Source: Takakia lepidozioides (Eukaryota; Plantae; Bryophyta). From it: a DNA stretch of 64,000 bases. Every line of letters starts with the position of its first letter. The first letter of the stretch is position 1. The translations under genes were made by a program, and so were the position numbers. The notes under the pieces were generated by a model that was given only the letters and a program-made list of their open reading frames with translations, made no database searches and had not been told where the DNA came from. Location of the stretch: contig CM060731.1 in the NCBI GenBank assembly GCA_030704615.1, forward strand, positions 13,950,001-14,014,000, given 5' to 3'. This document shows, piece by piece, positions 23,245 to 31,994 of this stretch.

Positions 23245-26001
23245 ATGGCCAACCGGCTTCAGCAGCTAGAGCAGAGGCTCGCTGCCATGGCTACAGCTCA
23301 GGTGGTACCGGCTCTAAGGCCGGATGGTCCACCTCCTGCTCCTGAGGGAGGAGATATGGGAGGCATGGGATTCATGTGTGGAGCAGCACTACCACTAGTG
23401 CAGGTGGAGTCTGCTGCAGCCGTGACTCGAGGAGCAGCACGAGTTCCTGAGCCACGAGGTGCAGAGGTGGAGTTGGATCCACAGCGTGGGGAGGCAAGCC
23501 GTCAGGCTAGGCTTCCTCAGTCATTCACATTGGCGGAGACAGTGTCGACGCCATCCATGGCACCTAGTTCTCGCCCGACTGTTACCGAGGCGGAGGTTAC
23601 TATGCCATTGGGGAGAGCTACACGGGTAGCACCACTACCTAGTGTTGCCAAGGCTACGGCAGCTAGTGTGCTGCTAGGAGCGGCCACATCTGTGTGCCAG
23701 GCTCCATTGTTCTCGGCTACCATGATTGCGACGCCGGGGGTAAGACCAGCTGAGGTGTTCAGGCTGGCAGCTACACTCTGTGAGAGTGGGGAGGTTACTT
23801 CATCTTCTGCGGAGATAGTGGGAGGTGTAGTGCCGGAGGGATCCTCGGATTTGAGGGTCAAGACTGCCACGGCGGCGCCATGGCAAGCTGCAGCTGCCAG
23901 GTTGATGGAGCTGCCAGCTAGGCCAGCCATTGAGCGCGCCATGGTGACACCTGGAGTTGTCATGTTAGACAACCAGGATGGCATTTTCTGTTTGAGTGGA
24001 CCGGCAGGCAAGAGGTACCGGCCACTGCGAGTCTTGTTGGACTCGGGAGCTCAGCCACTGATGCTGGGCAGAGCTGCTATTGCAGGCTTGGGCCTCACGG
24101 AGGCGGATATGGAGCCTTGTCCTTTCCAGATACAGACGTCTCTGGGAGGATCGGAGCAGGCTCGGGGCATGACACGGCATGAGTTGGCTATCAGACTACG
24201 GCCGGATCACCCTACAGATGGCTCAGTGATGCGAGCCAAGGCCATTGTGACAGACGCAGTCTCATACGATGTCCTGGTTGGTGGGGCAGTGTTGTACCCC
24301 ATGGGCTTCACCCTGGATTTTTGGGAGGAGTCAGCTTCCTATAGGCCTGCATGGCAGTCAGGGGAGGGCCGGCGTGTGCAGCTCCCTGTGACGTTCATAG
24401 GAGGAGTTGCGGTTGCCCAGCGAGGCAAGATGCCGACACTAGCAGCATTCACAGCGGCAGTGAGTTGGCCTAGAGAGTTGCTTGAGGGCAATGCTCATTC
24501 AGAGGATGTACCACCTCCGGGAGAGCAGGATGACATGTATGGTATGGCGGAGTTGCCTACCATGGTTGCTCAGACTCCATTGTGGGGCACGAGCAAGGAT
24601 TTGCAGCGGGATGCTGATCGACGGGTGCAACAAGCCTGGGTGGAGGCTTTTGTACCGTCAGGAGAGGAGGAGAGTGTGGGGATTGCACCAGGACCACCTC
24701 AATTGTCTCCATTGGACACCACACCTATTGTGTGGCAGTCTCCGGATGAAGGCATTTGTCTTCTGGACTTGTTTGGCGGGATCAGCACCGGATTGGCTGC
24801 TGTGTTACAGGCAGGTGTACGAGTTCGGCGTTACCTGTATGTGGAGAGGGATGAGACTGCACGACGCGTTTCACTTCGCCATGTTGCTCAGTTGGTGCAG
24901 CGGTACCCTGAGTTGTTGTCGGTGTCTGCAATTCGTGGATATCAGCAGGCCTTGCCAGCAGACATTTCGTTGCTGGGGGCGCAGGATTTGGAGCGGGTTG
25001 GCTCCATTGATCTGGTAGTGGCAGGTTGGCCCTGCCAAGGGCATTCATCAGCCGGGCATGGCAATGGATTGCGAGACTCGAGGTCGGGTCTGTTTTGGGA
25101 GATGGTGCGGGTTTTGCGCCACTTGCAGCTTCATCAAGCTGTATCTCCAGCATACATCTTGGAGAATGTGCCACTGATGGGCGATTCTCGGGCCAGGGTG
25201 ATGGCCAGTGTGCATCAAGTCCGGTCGTGGCTTGGGTCAGCAGTGTTGCTAGATGCAGCTACAGTGGGGTCACGGGCTCATCGTCCACGGCTATGGTGGA
25301 CTAACATGATGCCACCCGCACTGCTCAAGCGTGCATTTGATGGGGTGCAGCGGCCAGCACATCTCACAGTGGATAACATTCTGGACACAGGGAGGCAGTC
25401 TCAACGTGTGAGACACGATGACCGTTCGCCTTTGGCAGTGGTCAACAAGGTGGGTCAACCACGAGCAGCATTACCTACACTGCTCAGCTTCCCAGGATCG
25501 CATGCTTTCCGGGATAGTGGACCTGGCCTCCTGTGGGATGCTCAGTTGCAGCAGTTAGTGGAGCCTAATGCTGACGAGCGTGAGCGGGCAATGGGTTTTA
25601 CCACTGGTACCACGGCGGTGTCGTCTCTTTCTGAGGCATCACGTCGTCAAGTGTTGGGGCAAGCAATGGATCTCAATTGCTTGACCTGGATTATCAGCTT
25701 GGCTCTAGCTGAGCAACGCAGAGTGCGGAATACACTTCCCTCAATGGTCTCTCTGCCTACCGAGACGGTACAGGCAGTGAGTGGGGGCGAGCATATGAGG
25801 ACCACGGGGTGCATGCATCCATGGCACACGTGGGAGGTGCTCGAGGTTCAGAGGGAGTTGGCAGCCAAGGCGGCTGTGATGGATGAGGTTGGGGATTCTT
25901 CTCGAGTTGAGGAGGTCCTCAAGGATGAGATGATGGGGCAGGATGATGCCTTGTCATTGACTGAGCAGGTAGGGAGTACTGCTCAAGAGGTTGCAGCATA
26001 G
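23245..26001 (+). CDS. Aspartic protease + DNMT3-like C5 cytosine DNA methyltransferase (continuation of Gag)
   Basis: LLDSGA protease site (~24034-24051). DNMT ~24751-25710: motif I LDLFGGISTG, IV AGWPCQ, VI YILENV, VIII SRAHRPRLWWTNM, IX ERERAMGF, X RRQVLGQAM. Confidence 0.93.
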   Translation: MANRLQQLEQRLAAMATAQVVPALRPDGPPPAPEGGDMGGMGFMCGAALPLVQVESAAAVTRGAARVPEPRGAEVELDPQRGEASRQARLPQSFTLAETVSTPSMAPSSRPTVTEAEVTMPLGRATRVAPLPSVAKATAASVLLGAATSVCQAPLFSATMIATPGVRPAEVFRLAATLCESGEVTSSSAEIVGGVVPEGSSDLRVKTATAAPWQAAAARLMELPARPAIERAMVTPGVVMLDNQDGIFCLSGPAGKRYRPLRVLLDSGAQPLMLGRAAIAGLGLTEADMEPCPFQIQTSLGGSEQARGMTRHELAIRLRPDHPTDGSVMRAKAIVTDAVSYDVLVGGAVLYPMGFTLDFWEESASYRPAWQSGEGRRVQLPVTFIGGVAVAQRGKMPTLAAFTAAVSWPRELLEGNAHSEDVPPPGEQDDMYGMAELPTMVAQTPLWGTSKDLQRDADRRVQQAWVEAFVPSGEEESVGIAPGPPQLSPLDTTPIVWQSPDEGICLLDLFGGISTGLAAVLQAGVRVRRYLYVERDETARRVSLRHVAQLVQRYPELLSVSAIRGYQQALPADISLLGAQDLERVGSIDLVVAGWPCQGHSSAGHGNGLRDSRSGLFWEMVRVLRHLQLHQAVSPAYILENVPLMGDSRARVMASVHQVRSWLGSAVLLDAATVGSRAHRPRLWWTNMMPPALLKRAFDGVQRPAHLTVDNILDTGRQSQRVRHDDRSPLAVVNKVGQPRAALPTLLSFPGSHAFRDSGPGLLWDAQLQQLVEPNADERERAMGFTTGTTAVSSLSEASRRQVLGQAMDLNCLTWIISLALAEQRRVRNTLPSMVSLPTETVQAVSGGEHMRTTGCMHPWHTWEVLEVQRELAAKAAVMDEVGDSSRVEEVLKDEMMGQDDALSLTEQVGSTAQEVAA

Positions 26002-26007
26002 CAACCA
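25999..26007 (+). promoter_or_regulatory. Candidate stop-codon readthrough signal TAG-CAACCA (UAG-CARYYA)
   Basis: Only stop between the same-frame ORFs 23245-26001 and 26161-29136; 26002-26160 is open in that frame. Confidence 0.6.
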
Positions 26008-29000
26008 CGGGACGCGTCCTCTACCTCTAAGCCCACTGGACTTAAGGTTGTAGTTACGGAGGACAATTGGGAGCCTGACATTGGACCCATTGTCACCGGA
26101 GGAGAGAGACGACGTATACGGCGGTTCCTGAGGGCTTACAGGAATTGCTTTGCCTTCAGTTTGAAGGACTTGGGAGCACTGAAGGGTCAAGAGATCCGTA
26201 TTGAGTTGGCCACTGACACGCCAATCTTTCGGAGACCCTATAGATACAGTGACATGGAGAGGTCTTTGATTCAGATGAGGACTCAAGATCTCTGGGAGGC
26301 AGGTTTGGTGGAGCTCTCTGGTGGAGAGTATGCTTCAGCCACAGTGATGCCAGCCAAGAAGGATGTCTATGGCAATTGGACGGAGAGACGTATGTGCGGT
26401 GATTACCGGCCTGTAAATCGTCAGACCAAGTCCGATAAGTATGCCATGCCAACACCAGAGGAGATCTTTGATGCCATCGGGCATGCTAAGGCCTTTAGCA
26501 CTTTGGATTTACGATCCGGATATCACCAGTTGCCAATCAAGGAGGCGGACAAGCAGAAGACGGCATTCTGGGGGATCAATGAGCACGGCAAGGATTGCCT
26601 ATATCAGTGGCGGTTCTTACCATTTGGGCTTAAGAATGCTCCTGCAGAGTTTCAGAGAGTCATGGATAGGATTCTAGCAGGGGTGGACTTTGCTCGGTGC
26701 TACATAGATGACATCATCATCTTTAGTGTTACGATGGAGGAGCATGAGAGACACCTTCAGGTGGTATTGGAGCGCTTGAGAGCGCACGGATTGAAGTTGC
26801 ATCCGGGGAAGTGCAAGTTTTTCCACAACCAGATTGAGTATCTGGGTCACATGATATATCCTGGAGGATTGGGGGTACAGCAGACTAAGGTAGAGGCCAT
26901 TGCACAAATTCCACGCCCCACGGATGTGAGCCGAGTTCGAGCTTTCATGGGGTTGGCAAACTATTATAGACGGTTTGTCAAGGGATTTAGTACCATTGCA
27001 AAGGCTCTAACCAAGCTGACCAAGGTGGACCAGGAGTGGCAGTGGGAAGATGAGCAGGAACGAGCTTTTCAAGAGCTCAAGGCGAGGTTGACCTCGGCGC
27101 CTATCTTGAGACGACCTATCAGGGGGCGTCCCTTTCAGCTGCATACGGATTGGAGCATGCTGGGGCTTGGAGCGGTGCTCACACAGGTGGATGATGAGGG
27201 AAGAGAGTTCGTAGTGGCTTACGCTAGCCGCTCGAACAACGCTGCAGAGGCTAAGTACAGCTCATATGAGGGAGAGTGCTTAGCTGCAGTGTGGGCCGTG
27301 GCACACTTCAGGTGCTATCTATACGGCAATCTTTTCACCCTTGTCACGGATCACCAGCCACTCAAGTGGTTGATGGAGTCAGACAAGCTTACGGGGAAGC
27401 TTGCACGGTGGGCACTTATACTCCAGGAGTATGACTTTCAGGTTGTGCATCGACCGGGTTTGGTCAATCGGGATGCGGATGGATTGAGTCGCAATCCATG
27501 CATGAGCCAGCAGGATGACACTGGAGCTCGGTGGCATGGTGAGACGGACGAGGAGATGGTGCCGGGATGGCACGCATCTGCATTTTTGTGTATCTTGGCA
27601 TCGGGAGGTCAGATTGGACCTACAACAGGGATGACTGTAGACGGAGTGTCTGAGGACCCTGAGGCTAGTGATGAGCTAGGTGGTGCCAGAGATATACATG
27701 AGGATTCGGCTGTGTTGGACTACCTCCGCACGGGAGACACGGCAGCCATTGTGACTGCCAGGGAGAGGGATCGGATCCTGCAACGAGCCAAGAGGTTCAA
27801 GTGGGAGGGGATACACCTACTTCGAGTGTGGGAGGATGGTCGGGTGAGGATTGTGCCTCACCCCACACAGCGTGCACGGTTAGTGCGGCATGCCCATGAG
27901 GAGTTGGGGCATTTTGGAGTGCGACGCACTCACAGTTTACTGCAGGGGCAGTATTGGTGGCGTGGTATGCATACAGAGGTGCAACAGTTTGTGGCTAGGT
28001 GCATGGTGTGTGACAGGGTGCGTGCTTCATTCAACGCCCCTACACCACAGTTGCATCCTTTACCTATCATGGGATTGGGCTACAGGTGGAGTCTTGACTT
28101 CGCAGGACCGTTGCCACTGACTATGCGCCACCACAGATATGTGTTGGTGATGGTGGAGCACTTCTCCAAGTGGATTGAGTTGGTTCCATTGCCTGACAAG
28201 GCTAGTGAGGGGGCTGCGTATGCATTCTTGGATCGTGTGCTTAGCCGATTTGGTGCTCCAGCTGAGGTACTCACGGACCAAGGGAGAGAGTTCTTGGGGG
28301 AGTTTCAGGCTTTGTGTGATAAAGCCTTGATAGACCACCGCACCACTTCTCGGGATCATCCTGAGGCCGATGGCTTAGCAGAGAGAGTTGTTCAGACGGT
28401 GAAGAGGGGTTTGCGCAAGTATGGCTTGCAGAAGGGACACCTAGGAGATTGGGATCTTCAGGTTCCTTGGTTAGCCATGGGCTACAGGTTCAGCAAACAA
28501 GCATCACTTGCCTCCTTCTCACCATATTTCCTTCTCTTTGGCCGAGAGCCGGATTTGCCTGCAGCCATTCGTAGGGACACTGCTCAAGTCCTTAACCTTG
28601 ACGATCCGGACGTGTGGGTACGTGCATGTGATCAGCGTGCAGAGTTGTTCAAGAAAGTCATGCCCATGGCTTTTGAGAACCTTGCCATTGCACAGCACCG
28701 TGATACGTTGAGGTATGCCACTATACGTGGTGGAGGATATCGTCCTGGGGTTCGGAGGTTTAGCCCTGGTGACTATGTTTATTTGCAGCAGACTGCTCCT
28801 ACGACTCTGGATGTTACTGCAGGGCGTGTTATTCTGAGGGTTCGAGAGGTGTTGCCCTCAGGGGTCCTGATCTTGGAGGGTCGGGATGGCATGACTTGGA
28901 AGGACCATGTGCGTAATTGTGCGCCATGTCACCTTCCCAATGTCGATGGCAGAGTTGACCCAAACTTGGCAGTGGTACCTGCAGGTTTGAGGTGCATGCT

Positions 29001-29136
29001 CTGTGGGTCTGCCAAAGGGGCAGCCACCATGCTGGTGTGTGATCGATGCTCAAGGGGTTGGCATATGGGATGCTTGACACCACCTCTTGAGAAGGTTCCT
29101 GACGGAGATTGGTTGTGTCCACACTGCTTGGGATAG
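26002..29136 (+). CDS. pol: Pol: reverse transcriptase, RNase H, DDE integrase, C-terminal PHD finger
   Basis: LDLRSGYHQ, LPFGLKNAP, YIDD (26701); LHTDWS...EGECLA...TDHQPL...DADGLSR; H-H-CMVC, SLDFAG, LTDQG, LAERV; PHD CMLC...CDRC...HMGC...WLCPHC (~28993-29127). Confidence 0.97.
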   Translation, partial: QPRDASSTSKPTGLKVVVTEDNWEPDIGPIVTGGERRRIRRFLRAYRNCFAFSLKDLGALKGQEIRIELATDTPIFRRPYRYSDMERSLIQMRTQDLWEAGLVELSGGEYASATVMPAKKDVYGNWTERRMCGDYRPVNRQTKSDKYAMPTPEEIFDAIGHAKAFSTLDLRSGYHQLPIKEADKQKTAFWGINEHGKDCLYQWRFLPFGLKNAPAEFQRVMDRILAGVDFARCYIDDIIIFSVTMEEHERHLQVVLERLRAHGLKLHPGKCKFFHNQIEYLGHMIYPGGLGVQQTKVEAIAQIPRPTDVSRVRAFMGLANYYRRFVKGFSTIAKALTKLTKVDQEWQWEDEQERAFQELKARLTSAPILRRPIRGRPFQLHTDWSMLGLGAVLTQVDDEGREFVVAYASRSNNAAEAKYSSYEGECLAAVWAVAHFRCYLYGNLFTLVTDHQPLKWLMESDKLTGKLARWALILQEYDFQVVHRPGLVNRDADGLSRNPCMSQQDDTGARWHGETDEEMVPGWHASAFLCILASGGQIGPTTGMTVDGVSEDPEASDELGGARDIHEDSAVLDYLRTGDTAAIVTARERDRILQRAKRFKWEGIHLLRVWEDGRVRIVPHPTQRARLVRHAHEELGHFGVRRTHSLLQGQYWWRGMHTEVQQFVARCMVCDRVRASFNAPTPQLHPLPIMGLGYRWSLDFAGPLPLTMRHHRYVLVMVEHFSKWIELVPLPDKASEGAAYAFLDRVLSRFGAPAEVLTDQGREFLGEFQALCDKALIDHRTTSRDHPEADGLAERVVQTVKRGLRKYGLQKGHLGDWDLQVPWLAMGYRFSKQASLASFSPYFLLFGREPDLPAAIRRDTAQVLNLDDPDVWVRACDQRAELFKKVMPMAFENLAIAQHRDTLRYATIRGGGYRPGVRRFSPGDYVYLQQTAPTTLDVTAGRVILRVREVLPSGVLILEGRDGMTWKDHVRNCAPCHLPNVDGRVDPNLAVVPAGLRCMLCGSAKGAATMLVCDRCSRGWHMGCLTPPLEKVPDGDWLCPHCLG

Positions 29137-29385
29137 TGGCAGTGGACATGACTGGAGGCAGCTAACAAGACATGGGAGGCCAAGCTCATAGGAGTCAATA
29201 CATGAGATCCCAAGCTCAAGTTCACAGGTTGCAAGACGGCGACTAACGATGGGGCAACTCTTGCACCCGGCCTCTTGATCTATCGAGTTTGAGTGTAGTA
29301 GGGATAGTGGTGGAGGACTTAGTGAGGCTATGGTCACTATCACATCTTGTGGCTACCTGGACTTAGAGGGACCTAAGCACCAGCT

Positions 29386-29396
29386 AGGGGGGCGAT
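29386..29396 (+). promoter_or_regulatory. Polypurine tract
   Basis: AGGGGGGCGAT directly before TGTGTGG (start of B1); same arrangement in the remnant at 34066-34078. Confidence 0.8.
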
Positions 29397-29584
29397 TGTG
29401 TGGACTAGTGATTGCCATAGTGGGCAGCGTAGTGGCAGCCTAGTGACTGACTAGTTGTAGCCTAGTGGTTGGACTAGTGGCTGGACTAGTGGTAGACTAG
29501 TGGTATACTAGTGTGTGGTGTGCATATGTGTTGTGTGGTTTTGGACAGCGATGTAGTTGTGTAGCGATATGTATACGCACGACA
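29397..29584 (+). repeat. Repeat B1 (188 bp, TGTGTG...CGACA)
   Basis: Duplicated at 29915-30102; rich in ACTAGTGG subrepeats. Confidence 0.95.
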
Positions 29585-29586
29585 GC

Positions 29587-29913
29587 TGTCAAGTTATTTT
29601 ACCACTAGTGTGAAACTAGCTAGGAAATAGCTAGCTTTTACATATTGACATTTGGGATTGGCCCAAGTGTCAATCCAGGGGTCAAGGCAGATTTAGGCCC
29701 TGGAGTGGTTATCTTCACGGCAAGCGTGGGAGGCTCATCTTTCTCGAGTTGAGCCTCACCGCGCCTAGCTATGGCGCCGTAGTGTGGATTCCCCATGGCG
29801 TGGGGTGCACTTGGCTTGACTTGTATTTGAGTGATGAGGTTATATATGCATGAGTTTATGCTTCAGCTTTGTGAGCTCGCATGAGCTTGTGCTTGTATTC
29901 TTCTTCTTTATCA
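29587..29913 (+). repeat. Repeat A2 (327 bp)
   Basis: Identical by eye to A1; separated from B1 by GC and from B2 by T. Confidence 0.95.
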
Positions 29914-29914
29914 T

Positions 29915-30102
29915 TGTGTGGACTAGTGATTGCCATAGTGGGCAGCGTAGTGGCAGCCTAGTGACTGACTAGTTGTAGCCTAGTGGTTGGACTAGTGGCT
30001 GGACTAGTGGTAGACTAGTGGTATACTAGTGTGTGGTGTGCATATGTGTTGTGTGGTTTTGGACAGCGATGTAGTTGTGTAGCGATATGTATGCGCACGA
30101 CA
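29915..30102 (+). repeat. Terminal repeat B2 (188 bp)
   Basis: Copy of B1; host chromovirus sequence resumes at 30103. Confidence 0.95.
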
Positions 30103-30610
30103 GCCCATTCAAAATTATTTGACAAATAAATCCGGTCAGTTTTCGGCTTGAACTCCCATGAAGTATGTGCATCTATCCAGTCTTTCATGTTTCATTATTG
30201 GAGTTGTATCATCCATCGAATATTCTAGGGAGAGTTTCCGTACCACCTCCACCAATCGAAGTCAATCAGGAAATTGAGTATGAAGTCGACGAAGTCCTAA
30301 ACTCTCGCATCAAGTATAAACATCTTGAGTATTTCGTACATTGGAAATGCTACGACATCAGCGAACGAACGTAGGAACCTTCATTCAACCTCGCCAATGC
30401 ATCTAACAAAGTCTAAGAGTTTCATCAACGATATTCAGCTAAGCCCCGAGCTACACGTCAATAAGACGTCACAACGATTATGTCAGCCAAGTTAGCTTCA
30501 AGGTGAAGACTCCGCATTCAATGTATCTGATACACGCTAAAGAGGGAGGAGCACCACACATCAGTATATATAGCTACACTTCCATCACTTTTGCATCTTG
30601 TATTGGCAGT

Positions 30611-31012
30611 ATGGAGTCGCAGGAACCAGATACATTGGAGTTGTCGCTTACCCAGCTACCAGATCAGCCATTCCGATTCTCACGACCTTCAACATCACGC
30701 CGACGCTCTCGAGACGATGGGCCACCAATGCGACGCGTACTTCCTCGTCTGGACCCCGTACGACGGCAAGTAGAGCCTACTCGAAGTCTGATAATTCTGT
30801 TGGAGATTGAGACTTCGGACCCAGAGGGCAACGAAATCATGTTTGAAGGCAGTTTCGAAAATCAAAATGCTCAAATCACTGCGTGGTCCCAAGTTCAAGG
30901 TGTTGGACACTATCGATGGTTACAGGAACCTATAAATCATTTGAGTCAAGAACGAAGAGCCGAATACTTGGCAAGTACCATTCGTCGGATTTTGGATTTT
31001 CTCCAACTCTAA
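30611..31012 (+). CDS. Unknown extra ORF in the chromovirus 3' region
   Basis: Uninterrupted ATG-initiated 133-codon ORF between chromodomain and PPT; no motif recognised. Confidence 0.4.
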   Translation: MESQEPDTLELSLTQLPDQPFRFSRPSTSRRRSRDDGPPMRRVLPRLDPVRRQVEPTRSLIILLEIETSDPEGNEIMFEGSFENQNAQITAWSQVQGVGHYRWLQEPINHLSQERRAEYLASTIRRILDFLQL

Positions 31013-31067
31013 GCAAATCAAAGATTTTACCGCTCCTCGAAGAACTCGGCGCTAGAGGAGGGGGTGA

Positions 31068-31697
31068 TGTCACGGACATAGCCCAGAGGAACTTACCAGG
31101 AGTAAATACCAGAAGTTACCAAGTTACCATGTTACCGAAAGTTATCATGGCTTACCGTGATTTACCATGATCTATCATGATTTACCATTATTTACCAAGT
31201 TACCGGGAGTTTATCAAATTACCAAGAGTAAATTGAAAAACTACTCAGGAAGCTTCTTTTTGAGGAAACTTCTCCATCAAGATACCTCATTTGCTTAAGG
31301 AAGCTTCTCCATCAAGAAACCTTTGTTTAATCTTAGAAACTTCTTCAGCAAGCAACCTCCATAGGGGAAGCTTTTTAGGGAAGCTTCTTAGTAGCTAGTA
31401 TATATATATAAGGCGAGACTGGACACTCTTCAGTCTCGCCAACACCAGTTCAAGCTACTCTTATTTCCAGTTCCTAGTACCCTAGCCCAGTTTCCAGTAT
31501 CTGGTACTCCAGTCCACCAGCATTCCAGTATTCAAGTCGTGTTCCAATATCTTGTACTCTTGTTCATTGTTATAAAGATCGTCTTGATTCCTATTTACTC
31601 ATCGTGCATTCGGCCACGCCGATCTTGACTTCTTATCTAGCATTGTATCTTCAGTCTTATTTCTTGTTTGTGTTCAGTTATGTTCTCGTCCTTGACA
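31068..31697 (+). repeat. Chromovirus LTR (TGTCA...TGACA)
   Basis: Begins right after the PPT; 5-bp terminal inverted repeat; TATA run at ~31400; internal TTACCA(A/T)G and AAGCTTCT repeats. Confidence 0.7.
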
Positions 31698-31994
31698 GTA
31701 GGTCGTATTTCAAAGTCGTGTTTCAATCTCTTCTCGCTCAGTTGCACCGTGGTGGTTTTCATGGACCAATCCGCCATTACCAGACTACAGACACAAATAG
31801 CCAGGGTTGCACACGTCAGTGACGTCACGTCAGTTTTGCCGAAAAATCAGTAAAACATGAGTTAGGTGAAAAATATGTCACGTAGGTGGACACGTTGTAT
31901 TCCAAGCGACACCTTGGCAAGTGAATGAATTGTTTTATAAATTACTCCATCCGCCAATAGTTGAGGTCATTTTTAAATCATTATTGTTAAATTG

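Larger units (their letters stand above)
17396..30102 (+). mobile_element. Ty3/Gypsy-type retrotransposon encoding Gag-PR-DNMT-RT-RH-IN-PHD, with split repeats A1...B1-A2-B2
   Basis: Inserted into the chromovirus GPF codons (ctgggcc|TGTCA...GACA|gcccattc). A1 and A2 look identical over 327 bp; B1 and B2 differ at one position over 188 bp. Confidence 0.95.
30103..31801 (+). mobile_element. Right part of host chromovirus: chromodomain, extra ORF, PPT, LTR, then leader and apparent gag start
   Basis: PVFHVSLLE...EYEVDEVLNSR...YFVHWKCY (class I chromodomain, with stops); PPT agaggagggggtga at 31054-31067. Confidence 0.85.

Noticed and set aside
23245-26001. Host DNMT3/DRM gene or bacterial restriction-modification methylase
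   Set aside because: Intronless, fused in frame to the retroelement protease, repeated in a second element copy, no endonuclease partner.
17396-29913. Conventional LTR element with A as the LTR
   Set aside because: The PPT is ~190 bp upstream of A2, there is no TSD at 29914, and the host ORF resumes only at 30103.
29397-30102. B as a 188-bp target duplication around a solo LTR, or as a separate mini-element
   Set aside because: B directly follows the element's own PPT in two copies and forms the integration end in both.
17396-30102. DIRS/Ngaro tyrosine-recombinase element
   Set aside because: It encodes an aspartic protease and an HHCC/DDE integrase; no tyrosine-recombinase ORF is recognisable.
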